Positions 44,945 through 54,179 of a stretch of DNA of 64,000 bases are shown in pieces (the stretch's first letter is position 1; each line of letters starts with the position of its first letter). The stretch is from an uncultured Bacilli bacterium. Lineage in GTDB: Bacteria; Bacillota_I; Bacilli_A; RF39; UBA660. A model generated the notes under the pieces. It saw nothing but the letters and a program-made list of their open reading frames with translations, searched no databases and was not told the origin of the DNA. A program made the position numbers and the translations under genes. The stretch is from the NCBI GenBank assembly GCA_944372545.1, contig CALVZO010000041.1, forward strand, positions 3,325 through 67,324, given 5' to 3'.

Positions 44945-45514
44945 ATGAATATATATGATTTTGATAATACAATTTTAAAAGGAGATTCATCTATTAAATT
45001 TTTTAAATATTCCTTAATAAAACACCCTTTATTAGTTATGAAAAGTATTATTAAAACTATTAGAGAAGGAATAAAATATTTATTTCAAAAAAGTAGTTTA
45101 GGTAATGTAAAAAGTAAATTATTTAGTTTTGTAAAAGAAATAGATAATTTAGATGAATATATAAATGAATTTGTTTTAAAAAATATTAAATATATTAAGA
45201 ATTTTTATTTAGAACAAAAAAAAGATAATGATGTAATAATTTCTGCCTCTTTTGCCTTTTTAATTGAGCCATTTTGTGAACATTTAGGAATAAAAAATGT
45301 AATTGCGACCACATATGATGTTAAAAAAGGCTCAATAATTGGTAAAAATTGTAAAGGCGAAGAAAAAATTAGAAGATTTAGAGAATTATATAAAGATGCT
45401 AAAGTAGATAATGCTTATTCAGATTCTCTAAGTGATATTCCTATGTTTGAAATTGCTAAAAATGCTTATCTAGTAAAGAATAATGAAATAATAAGATATT
45501 CTAAAAATAAATAA
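44945..45514 (+). CDS. HAD-IB family hydrolase
   Basis: DxDxT motif IYDFDNTIL, with SAS and C-terminal YSDSLSDIPM motifs. Confidence 0.6.
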   Translation: MNIYDFDNTILKGDSSIKFFKYSLIKHPLLVMKSIIKTIREGIKYLFQKSSLGNVKSKLFSFVKEIDNLDEYINEFVLKNIKYIKNFYLEQKKDNDVIISASFAFLIEPFCEHLGIKNVIATTYDVKKGSIIGKNCKGEEKIRRFRELYKDAKVDNAYSDSLSDIPMFEIAKNAYLVKNNEIIRYSKNK

Positions 45515-45573
45515 TTAAAATAACTAAATAAATATTATTTTAAAATATGCATACAAATTAAGTAGAGGTGTAT

Positions 45574-46728
45574 ATGAAAAAGTTAATAATATTATTTAGT
45601 TTTTTCTTTTTATTTACAAGTGTTGTTTTAGGAGAAGAAATAACATCTTTTAGTGAAAGTGCCATTTTAGTGGAAACTTCAACAGGAAAAGTAATTTATG
45701 AAAAAGATGCTGATATAAAAAGGGCTCCAGCAAGTATGACAAAAATAATGAGTATGATTTTAATTATGGAAAGTATTAGTAATGGTAATTTGAAATTAGA
45801 TGATAATGTCGTTATAAGTGAAAACGCTGCAAGTATGGGTGGTAGTCAAGTTTATTTAAATACAGGAGAAGTTTATAAAGTTAAAGAGTTAATAAAATCT
45901 ATTGCCATTGCGAGTGCGAATGATGCCGTAGTAGCAATGAGTGAGAAGGTTGCTGGTACAGAAGAAAAATTTGTTTCTTTAATGAATGAAAAATGCGCAA
46001 GTATAGGTTGTACTAATACTAACTTTGTTAATCCGCATGGACTAGATAGTGAAAATCATTATAGTAGTGCTAGAGATATGGCTTTAATGGGAACTTATTT
46101 AGTTAATAATTACCCAGAGATTTTAGAATATACTAGTATTTATGAAGATTATTTAGAGAGACCTGATGGGTCTAATACTTGGTTAGTAAATACAAATAAA
46201 TTGGTTAGATTTTATGAAGATGTTGATGGTTTAAAAACAGGATTTACATCTACGGCAGGCTATTGTTTAACTGCCACTGCTAAGAAAAATAATATGCGTT
46301 TAGTAAGTGTTGTTATGGGAGTAGATTCTCCCGATAATAGAACTAGTGATACAGTCAAGTTATTTAATTATGGTTTTAATTCTTATAAACTATCAGTAAT
46401 TTATGAAAAGAATAAGATAATTGATGAGGTTAGAGTCGAAAAAGGGAAAAAAGAAAGTGTAAAAATTATGCTACTTCAAGATGCAACAGAATTTTTAAAT
46501 ATTAATGATAAAAATAAAACTTATACGATTAATGTATCAATGGGTAAAGTAGTTGCCCCCGTAAAAGTTGGTGATATTGTGGGTGAAGCAGAAATTATTG
46601 ATAATGAAAGTAATATTGTAACAACTGTCCCAATTACTGTTAGTGAAAATGTTTTAAAAGCAAGTTTATGGGATTATTTTAAAAGAAATTTAAATATATC
46701 TTTATCAGGAAAAAATATTATAGTTTGA
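45574..46728 (+). CDS. D-alanyl-D-alanine carboxypeptidase (DacF/DacB-like PBP5 family)
   Basis: Signal peptide, SMTKIM (SxxK), SANDA (SxN) and KTGFT (KTG), plus a C-terminal beta-domain. Lies upstream of spoIIAA, as dacF does in Bacillus. Confidence 0.85.
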   Translation: MKKLIILFSFFFLFTSVVLGEEITSFSESAILVETSTGKVIYEKDADIKRAPASMTKIMSMILIMESISNGNLKLDDNVVISENAASMGGSQVYLNTGEVYKVKELIKSIAIASANDAVVAMSEKVAGTEEKFVSLMNEKCASIGCTNTNFVNPHGLDSENHYSSARDMALMGTYLVNNYPEILEYTSIYEDYLERPDGSNTWLVNTNKLVRFYEDVDGLKTGFTSTAGYCLTATAKKNNMRLVSVVMGVDSPDNRTSDTVKLFNYGFNSYKLSVIYEKNKIIDEVRVEKGKKESVKIMLLQDATEFLNINDKNKTYTINVSMGKVVAPVKVGDIVGEAEIIDNESNIVTTVPITVSENVLKASLWDYFKRNLNISLSGKNIIV

Positions 46729-46829
46729 TAAAATTGATGTTTCGTTTGCAAAAAACTTAAAAATAGAAAGTTTTGCAAATACACTGCAAAACTTTTGAAA
46801 TTGTGATATTATTTTAATGAGTGAAATAT

Positions 46830-47988
46830 ATGATAAAAAGAGATAATTATTTAAATAAAATGATATCACTTAAAGATACAGAATTTATAAAAGTAATAAC
46901 TGGTGTTAGGCGTAGTGGAAAATCAACTTTAATGTTGATGTTTAAAGAATATATACTTAACAATGGCGTTAAAAAAGAAAATGTAATTCATGTTAATTTT
47001 GAATCAGCAATGTATGATGATATAAAAAATTATAAAGATTTATATCTATTTGTTAAAGAAAGAATTAAGAAAGAAAAAGTATATTTACTTTTAGATGAAG
47101 TGCAAAATGTTTTATCTTGGGAAAAAGCAATAAATTCACTTAAAGTTGATTTTGATATAGATATATATATAACTGGTTCAAATGCCTATCTGTTATCTAG
47201 TGAATTATCAACACTATTATCTGGTAGATATATTGAAATAAAAATGTATCCTTTATCTTTTAAAGAATATTTAGTTTTTAATAATTATGATACTAATAAT
47301 ATTGAAGAAAAATTCAATGATTATTTAAAATATGGTGGTTTACCTGCAATAACTTTGATAAAGCATAATGATGATTTAGTTCTTTCTTATTTAAATGATA
47401 TTTATAATAGTATAGTAAAAAAAATATAGTTGATAGAAATAATATTAAAGATACAGCATTATTAGAAAATATAATAAAGTATTTAGCAAGTAATATTGGA
47501 AGTCCTAAGTAGAAAAGTCAAATCATCAAACTATAGATAATTATTTAAATATGTTAGAAAAGTCTTTTATAGTTTATAAAGCAGATAGAACTGATATAAA
47601 AAGCAAATCACTTTTAAAAACATTGGGTAAATATTATATATCTGATTTAGGTTTAAGAAATATAATATTAGGTTTTAGAAATATAGATGAAGGACATTTA
47701 TTGGAAAACATTGTTTATTTAGAACTTTTAAGACGGGATTTTAAAGTTAATATAGGTAAATCTAATGATTATGAAGTTGATTTTGTTGCTGAAAATCCTC
47801 AGGAAGTAAAGTATTATCAAGTTACTAGATCGTTAATTAATGAAGAAGAAAAAGTTCGTGAATTAAGAAGTTTAGAAAATATAGAGGACAATTATGAAAA
47901 AATAATCTTAACGATGGACAAAACAATAAATAATGATATTAATGGTATAAAAATAATCAATATAATAAATTTTTTACTTGAAGAATAA
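46830..47988 (+). pseudogene. Disrupted AAA_14/DUF4143 ATPase paralogue
   Basis: The N-terminal part (GVRRSGKSTL, LLLDEVQ) stops at 47429 in an A-run. A second frame continues to TAG about 47510, then a gap, and the C-terminal part resumes at 47551 (NYLNMLEKSFIVYK...). Colinear with the gene at 24304-25545. Confidence 0.7.
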
Positions 47989-48140
47989 AAATAAAAATAT
48001 AGAAGCCTTAATTAAAACACAAAAATTCATGGGCTTTTTTTGAAGTAAAGTAATTTAATACTGTCAAATAATTGTCTAATTAAGTTTTAAAGCCTATTAT
48101 CTTTTGTTTGTTTGCTATAATAATATTTAAGGAAGTAATT

Positions 48141-49556
48141 ATGAAACAAAAGAAGAAAAGAAAAATAAATATAATTTTTACAATTATTTTGTTAGTAACG
48201 ATACTAATATTTTTTAGTTTATTATTTTATATAAATATAATTCCTATACTTTATACAATTATTGGTTTAATTATAAGTCTAATATTTGCATTTGGCATAA
48301 TTTTATTAAATTTTAGAAGGATTAGAATACTAAGAATTATTGGTTATACATTAAGTACAATAATTACGGGACTTTTAATATTTATTATAGTTTATTTATT
48401 TAATACAATTGGATTTTTATTTAATGTAACTGATGGTGACTATGTTATGCATACTTATAATATATTAGTATTAAAAGATAGTGATTATGAAAAAATAGAT
48501 GATTTAGAAAATTTAGTTATGGGTATTAATGAAACCACTAGTGAAGAAGAACTTAATAAATTAAAGAAAAATATTGAGAAAAAAATAGACACTAGATATA
48601 GTGAATTTGAAGATATAACATCTTTAGTAGATGGTTTAATAAATAGAGATGTTGCAAGTATCGTATTAGAAAATAGTGAACTTGATTTATTAAAAGAAGA
48701 AACTTTAGAAAGTTATAATTTATTAAAAAATATTTATCAAATTGAAATAAAAAATGATATAAGTGATTTAAAAGATATTATTAATATTAATAGTGAGCCA
48801 TTTAATATCTATATTAGTGGTATAGATACATTTGGAAGTGTTAATAGAACAGGCCGAAGTGATGTTAATATGGTTGTAACTATTAATCCCAAGACTGAAA
48901 AAGCCTTTATAACATGGGTACCTAGAGATTATTATGTATTTATAAATAATAGTAGTTATAAAGATAAACTAACTCATGCTGGTATTTATGGAATTGATTC
49001 AAGTATTTATGCAATGGAAAAATTACTAGATGTCAATATAAATTATTATGTTAAAGTTAATTTTACATCTGTTATTGAAGTTGTTGATTTACTTGGAGGA
49101 ATAACTGTTAATAATGAAGAGGCTTTCTACTTCGATGATGGTACATACTTTGCTAAAGGTAATATTAAATTAAATGGAGAAGATGCTCTAAAATTTGTAA
49201 GAGAGAGAAAAAGTTTAAGTGAAGGTGACATAAGTAGAGGTAAAAATCAAATAAAAGTGTTGGAAGCAATAATTAATAAAGCCTTATCACCTAGTATTAT
49301 AAAAAATTATAATAGTTTATTAAAATCATTAGATAATGCTTTTGTAACTAATATGAGTCAAAATACAATGATCGGATTTATAAGAAGAGAGTTAACTAAC
49401 AAGAGAAACTGGCAATTTAGTAGTTATACTTTATCTGGTACTGATAGTAACGAATACACATATTCTTATAAAAATAAATTATTATATGTCATGTTACCTA
49501 ATGAAGAATCAGTAAGTACTGCCAAAAAGAATATTAAAGAAATGATGGAAGGATAA
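48141..49556 (+). CDS. LytR-CpsA-Psr (LCP) family protein
   Basis: N-terminal TM helices, then LCP blocks RSDVNMVVTINP, VPRDYYV and FVRERKSLSEGDISRGKNQ. Confidence 0.8.
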   Translation: MKQKKKRKINIIFTIILLVTILIFFSLLFYINIIPILYTIIGLIISLIFAFGIILLNFRRIRILRIIGYTLSTIITGLLIFIIVYLFNTIGFLFNVTDGDYVMHTYNILVLKDSDYEKIDDLENLVMGINETTSEEELNKLKKNIEKKIDTRYSEFEDITSLVDGLINRDVASIVLENSELDLLKEETLESYNLLKNIYQIEIKNDISDLKDIININSEPFNIYISGIDTFGSVNRTGRSDVNMVVTINPKTEKAFITWVPRDYYVFINNSSYKDKLTHAGIYGIDSSIYAMEKLLDVNINYYVKVNFTSVIEVVDLLGGITVNNEEAFYFDDGTYFAKGNIKLNGEDALKFVRERKSLSEGDISRGKNQIKVLEAIINKALSPSIIKNYNSLLKSLDNAFVTNMSQNTMIGFIRRELTNKRNWQFSSYTLSGTDSNEYTYSYKNKLLYVMLPNEESVSTAKKNIKEMMEG

Positions 49557-49583
49557 ATTATTCTTCCTTTTTTATTTGGCGGT

Positions 49584-49605
49584 TTATGATAACATTTGTC
49601 GAAGT
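49584..49605 (+). promoter_or_regulatory. Spo0A box upstream of spoIIAA (TTATGATAACATTTGTCGAAGT)
   Basis: TGTCGAA at 49597-49603, about 50 nt upstream of the spoIIAA start. The spoIIA operon is Spo0A-activated in Bacillus. Confidence 0.55.
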
Positions 49606-49654
49606 TGTTTAAAAGAAAATAAATTTGTACTATATTAAAATAGTAGGTGATGGA

Positions 49655-49987
49655 ATGTTAAAAATGGATTTAGAATATAAGACATCAATACTTTTTATAA
49701 GATTATTTGGTTCATTAGAAAGAAAGACAACATACAAAATTAATAATTATATAGTACCGGCATTAGTAAAGCATAAAATAAAAAATATAATTTATAATTT
49801 AGAGAATTTAAAAAATATTGATGAAGCCGGAGTAGATGCAATTCTAAATACAAAATGCATTATGAGAAAGAATAAAGGAAACATCATTTTATGTGGAGTA
49901 AGTGATTTTATAGGAAGGAAGGTAAAACGTTTAAAATTAAAAACAACAAAAACAGAAAAAACGGCCTTAAAAATAATTGAGGTGTAA
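49655..49987 (+). CDS. spoIIAA: Anti-sigma-F antagonist SpoIIAA-like STAS protein (phospho-Ser replaced by Glu)
   Basis: Aligns without gaps to B. subtilis SpoIIAA over about 70 residues (LFIRLFGSL..NLENLKNIDEAGVDAIL vs LCIRLTGEL..NLEDLSFMDSSGLGVIL). Start ATG 49655 behind taggtga. Confidence 0.7.
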   Translation: MLKMDLEYKTSILFIRLFGSLERKTTYKINNYIVPALVKHKIKNIIYNLENLKNIDEAGVDAILNTKCIMRKNKGNIILCGVSDFIGRKVKRLKLKTTKTEKTALKIIEV

Positions 49988-49990
49988 AGG

Positions 49991-50632
49991 GTGAACTATG
50001 AGAAAATAATAAAAGATAATGAAAAAATGATTTGGAAAATTACAAATTATTTTTATGGTGTAGACAAATATGATTTATTTCAAGCAGGAGTAGTTGGTTT
50101 ATTAAAAGCATTAAAAAAATATAAAAGTAATGGTTTAACTAAATTTTCAACTTATGCTCACGATTACATATTTGGAGAAATGTATCTTCTAGCAAGTAAT
50201 AAAAGTATTAAAATAAGTAAAGATATTTTAAAATTATCTAAAAAATTAGAACAGACTCGTTATCTTCTTGCCCAAAAATTAGAAAGAATTCCGAGTAATT
50301 TGGAATTAGCAAAATTTTTAGGGTTAAAACTAGAAGAAGTTGAATTAGCATTAAGTAGTGCTAGTTGCATCTTATCACTAGATGAAAAGGTAGATGATGA
50401 GCGTAGTCCTTATGAATTAATTAGTGCTAAAGAAGAAGATTTAGATACCAAAATTTTACTAAATGATAGTATGGCCGTTTTAAATGAAGATGAAAAAAAT
50501 ATTATAAAATCACGATATTATGAAGATTTAACTCAACAAGAAGTAGCAAGAAAACTTAATATGACTCAAGTAATGGTTTCTAGGTATGAGAAGAAAAGTA
50601 TTAATAAAATGAGAGAGTATTTAACTATGTAA
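49991..50632 (+). CDS. sigF: Sporulation sigma factor, SigF-like
   Basis: Sigma-70 regions 2-4 (FSTYAHDYIFGE; RYYEDLTQQEVARKLNMTQVMVSRYEKK). Position between spoIIAA and spoVA matches Bacillus synteny. GTG start lies 3 nt after the spoIIAA stop. Confidence 0.75.
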   Translation: MNYEKIIKDNEKMIWKITNYFYGVDKYDLFQAGVVGLLKALKKYKSNGLTKFSTYAHDYIFGEMYLLASNKSIKISKDILKLSKKLEQTRYLLAQKLERIPSNLELAKFLGLKLEEVELALSSASCILSLDEKVDDERSPYELISAKEEDLDTKILLNDSMAVLNEDEKNIIKSRYYEDLTQQEVARKLNMTQVMVSRYEKKSINKMREYLTM

Positions 50633-50662
50633 GTATAAAATAGAAATTTTTTATTCATAATA
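50633..50662 (+). promoter_or_regulatory. Candidate sigma-G type promoter of the spoVA genes
   Basis: GTATA-N18-CATAATA matches GHATR-N17/18-CATXHTA, 15 nt upstream of the spoVAC start. Confidence 0.55.
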
Positions 50663-50676
50663 AAAGTGGTGATATT

Positions 50677-51114
50677 ATGAATAAAGAGGAGTATAGCAAG
50701 TTAGTTAAAAAATACTCACCCAAAGAGCCAAAGTTAAGAAATGCCATCATTGCTTTTTTAGCAGGTGGTACGGTTGGTTTAATTGGTGAAGTTATAGTTA
50801 ATATTTTAATGAAATCATTTGGATTAGCAAGAGTTGACTCTTATGCTTGGCTAGCATTTATTTTAATTCTATTTGCAACGTTCATGACCGCAATTGGTAA
50901 ATTTGATAACTTAGTAGTGAAATTAAAATGTGGCTTAATAATTCCAACAACGGGATTTGCCCATAGTGTTCAAAGTGCTGCTTTGGACTATAAAAAAGAT
51001 GGTTTAATTAATGGTATTGGGGCTAATATTTTCAAACTTGCGGGCTCAGTTATTTTATACGGTATAGTAAGCGCTTTCTTCTTAGTATTAATAAAGGTGA
51101 TTATCTATGGCTAG
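50677..51114 (+). CDS. spoVAC: Stage V sporulation protein AC
   Basis: 145-aa 4-TM protein with an N-terminal YSKLVKKYSPKEP block. Followed by spoVAD and spoVAE. Confidence 0.85.
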   Translation: MNKEEYSKLVKKYSPKEPKLRNAIIAFLAGGTVGLIGEVIVNILMKSFGLARVDSYAWLAFILILFATFMTAIGKFDNLVVKLKCGLIIPTTGFAHSVQSAALDYKKDGLINGIGANIFKLAGSVILYGIVSAFFLVLIKVIIYG

Positions 51115-52084
51115 TATGAAATTTAATAATGTATACATAAATGATTATGTAACAATTATGGGACCATTAGAACAAGATAGTAAATTAAAGAAAGTTGATT
51201 TAAAAATTGATGATTACTATTTTGGGGAAAAAACTTTTGAACAAACCGAAGCAAAAATGCAAAAAGTTGTTTTAAATAGTCTAATTGAGAAAAATGGTTT
51301 AAATTATCAAGATATTAATTTATTAATTGGTGGCGATTTACTTGATCAAATATCTGCGACTAGTTATGCTTGTGTTGATATTCCAATTTCTTTATTAGGT
51401 ATTTATAGTGCTTGTGCAACTTTTCCCGAAAGTTTAATTATTGGTAGCATGTTTTTACAAGATAAAGGTTTTAAAAAAGTAATAGGACTTACTAGTTCCC
51501 ATAATTTATCTGCAGAAAGACAATTTCGTTATCCAATTGAATATGGGGCATTAAAACCACATACTTCAACATTTACTACAACGGCCGGTATTAGCACACT
51601 TTTATCTAAAGAAAAAGGAAAAATAAAAGTTGAATCTGCAACAATTGGAGAAGTAGTGGAAATGGGAATAAAAGATGCCAATAATATGGGAGCAGTTATG
51701 GCTCCGGCGACTGCGAAAACTCTCTATAATCATTTACAAGATTTAAAAAGAAGTATCGATTATTATGACTTAATTTTAACTGGTGATTTAGGTTGTATTG
51801 GTGGCAAAATTTTTAAAGAATTTTGTGAAGTTAATTATAAATTAAAGGTTAAAAAACATTTAGATGCTGGGTGTGAGTTATATTTAAAAAGTCAAGAAAC
51901 TTATGCAGGAGGAAGTGGTCCTGCTTGTCTTCCTTTAGTTTTATATAACAAAATACTCCAAAGTTCTAAATACAAAAAAATCTTAATAATTGGTACAGGA
52001 GCCCTATTTAATAAAACTTTTGTTAATCAAAAATGTGTTATACCATCTATTGCCCATGCTGTTAGTTTGGAGGTTACTCAATAA
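51107..52084 (+). CDS. spoVAD: Stage V sporulation protein AD
   Basis: Thiolase-fold 325-aa protein (GGDLLDQ, YSACAT, GTGALF). 8-nt overlap with spoVAC. Confidence 0.85.
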   Translation: MASMKFNNVYINDYVTIMGPLEQDSKLKKVDLKIDDYYFGEKTFEQTEAKMQKVVLNSLIEKNGLNYQDINLLIGGDLLDQISATSYACVDIPISLLGIYSACATFPESLIIGSMFLQDKGFKKVIGLTSSHNLSAERQFRYPIEYGALKPHTSTFTTTAGISTLLSKEKGKIKVESATIGEVVEMGIKDANNMGAVMAPATAKTLYNHLQDLKRSIDYYDLILTGDLGCIGGKIFKEFCEVNYKLKVKKHLDAGCELYLKSQETYAGGSGPACLPLVLYNKILQSSKYKKILIIGTGALFNKTFVNQKCVIPSIAHAVSLEVTQ

Positions 52085-52431
52085 TGTATATAAGTGCATT
52101 TTTATTCGCTGGCTTTGTTTGTCTTATTTGCCAAATAGTTTTTGATAATAGCAAATTAACCCCAGGACATATTACTAGTAGTGTCACAGTAATCGGAGCA
52201 ATACTCTCTTTTCTAGGAATTTATGATGATATTGTTTCTAAATGTGGAGCAGGAGCAACTGTTTTAATTGCTAACTTTGGTCATATGTTATATTCTGCCG
52301 GTATAAAAGGCTATGAAGAAGCAGGATTCTTAGGAATATTCTCCGAATTATTATGTTCCTCTGGAATTGCTATTGTCAGTGTTATAGTTCTATCTTTTGT
52401 CTTTACTCTCATATTTAAAGCAAGAGATTAA
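52084..52431 (+). CDS. spoVAEB: Stage V sporulation protein AE (AEB-type)
   Basis: 115-aa membrane protein. ATG overlaps the spoVAD stop. Confidence 0.8.
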   Translation: MYISAFLFAGFVCLICQIVFDNSKLTPGHITSSVTVIGAILSFLGIYDDIVSKCGAGATVLIANFGHMLYSAGIKGYEEAGFLGIFSELLCSSGIAIVSVIVLSFVFTLIFKARD

Positions 52432-52468
52432 TAAAAAAATTGTAAACAATTAATTTTGCTTACAATTT

Positions 52469-52681
52469 TTATTTTTTTATAATTTTAATTTCAAACCCAT
52501 GTGTATTAGCAATTTTTATTAAATCTTTAAAGTAATAGTTAGTAATGCCGTATTCATTTTTTCTAACCCAGTCTTTTGATTTACCAACGCTTTCAGCAAA
52601 TTCTTTTTGCGATAAATTTGTGGCTTCTCTCATAAACCTTAATATTTCGTTTGGCTTATACTTATCAGTGTTTAAAATCAT
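52469..52681 (-). CDS. Small HTH DNA-binding protein
   Basis: HTH pattern LRFMREATNLSQKEFAESVGKSKDWVRKNE. Start set at ATG 52681 behind aggaga; the ORF-track extension lacks an RBS. Confidence 0.6.
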   Translation of the reverse strand: MILNTDKYKPNEILRFMREATNLSQKEFAESVGKSKDWVRKNEYGITNYYFKDLIKIANTHGFEIKIIKK

Positions 52682-52830
52682 ATTATTTCTCCTAATAAAA
52701 ATTATAAGATAACAACCCAAATATCTTTTAAAAATGCCATTGGCAGTCACACATCATTTTGCTATACTTTACTTAAAGTATGATTAATAGTCACATATGT
52801 TGGCTTACACATACAAAATGAGGTGTGACA

Positions 52831-54012
52831 ATGAAGATACAAATAAAATCTTTATTAATATTATGTCTATGTTTAATAGAAGTATGTAGTATTTTTTTAA
52901 TGTGGAAGAGTTTATCGGGAAGAGAAACATATTTAGATAATGTAAATTTAAAAGATATAAAAAATAATAGTATGCTTGCTATAATGTTAGAACAAAGTGA
53001 TGGCTCTTATATAGAATCAGATAGTAATACATGGCCAACAGATATGAAATATAATGAAACATTATCTGATTGTATAGATGCATTAGGTAATAAAATAAAT
53101 GGTGCCTTAACATATGATAGTAGTACAAATATAGCAACAGTAGAATCAGGTGTAACTAGTTATTGTTATTTGTATTTTGATATGATAAAAAATGTATCAA
53201 CATTATGTACATCAGGAGATAATTTAGGAAATTGTTTGCTTACAAATAATGCATCACTAGATAGTCTTAATGATGCAGAAAAAGGTGGATTATATAGATA
53301 TCAAGGAACAAATGATTTAGTAAATGATAACTATATATGTTTTGGGACAAATGATAAGAGTGAGTGTACAAGTAATACCGATGCATATATGTATAGAATA
53401 ATGGGAGTTAATTCAAATGGACAATTAAAATTAATTAAGAAAGAAGCACTAAATAGTACAATGCAATGGTATAGCAATTATAATGCAGATATAACATGGC
53501 CAAATTCAACAATATATAAGGAATTAAATGGAAGTAGTTTCCTAAGTAACACAACATACGTACCAAGCGGTTGAAGTAGTAAAATAGCAGACTTTTCTTG
53601 GAAATACGGAGATAATACAACATCAAACACAACCGCAGAAAATCTATACTCAATAGAAAACGCATGGACAAGTACCGTATAAGCAAAAATAGGATTAATG
53701 TACATGCATGATTATTACTACGGAATGAGTGGAGGAAACAATTGTTCAAGTTCAGGAGCATACACAACATGTAAAACAAGTTGGATACACTTATCAAACA
53801 GCGATAGTGGAGCACCAGCAACATATGAGTGGACCATGTCGCGTTGCGGTGGAAGCGGCATTTATAGTGTGTAGTTTGTGAATTCGACCGGCTATGTTAA
53901 CAGTTATACTCTGGTTTACTCGCATTCGGTTCGCCCAGTCTTCTATCTAACAGAAGAAGAACAATATATAAGTGGAAGTGGAACAATAGAAGACCCACTT
54001 ATTATAAATTAA
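52831..54012 (+). pseudogene. Membrane-anchored surface protein gene interrupted by three in-frame stops (TGA, TAA, TAG)
   Basis: One reading frame runs from ATG 52831 to TAA 54010-54012, with internal stops at 53572-53574, 53680-53682 and 53872-53874. Coding-like sequence continues through all of them (..AKIGLMYMHDYYYG.., ..SVRPVFYLTEEE..). Confidence 0.7.
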
Positions 54013-54179
54013 CAGACTATAAGTGAAATAAAATCGTCAACGAAGATGTTAAAATAGGTGGAAGTGTGGCTTCATACATACTTCCTCTTCCAAAAAATAT
54101 TGATATTCTTAGGGAATATCTTTTTTCATATTTCTTAAATAAAAATAATTTGTTATAATGAAGGGGTAGTGGTGATATA

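Noticed and set aside
45540-45573. Sigma-F type promoter (tGCATA...GGtgtAtAt) for the dacF-like gene
   Set aside because: The putative -10 would overlap the RBS and start codon, which is geometrically implausible.
53572-53874. Alternative genetic code (for example TGA=Trp as in Mollicutes) or programmed recoding to explain the in-frame stops
   Set aside because: TGA cleanly terminates well-bounded genes here (ORFs ending at 629, 6769 and 10754). Trp is TGG throughout, including in this gene. All three different stop codons occur, which no single reassignment explains.
53836-53940. Calling the A-poor patch a bona fide DGR variable region
   Set aside because: No reverse-transcriptase ORF and no A-rich template repeat lie anywhere in the 64 kb. 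Only one of the three stops lies inside the patch. I keep it only as a compositional anomaly to be tested genome-wide.
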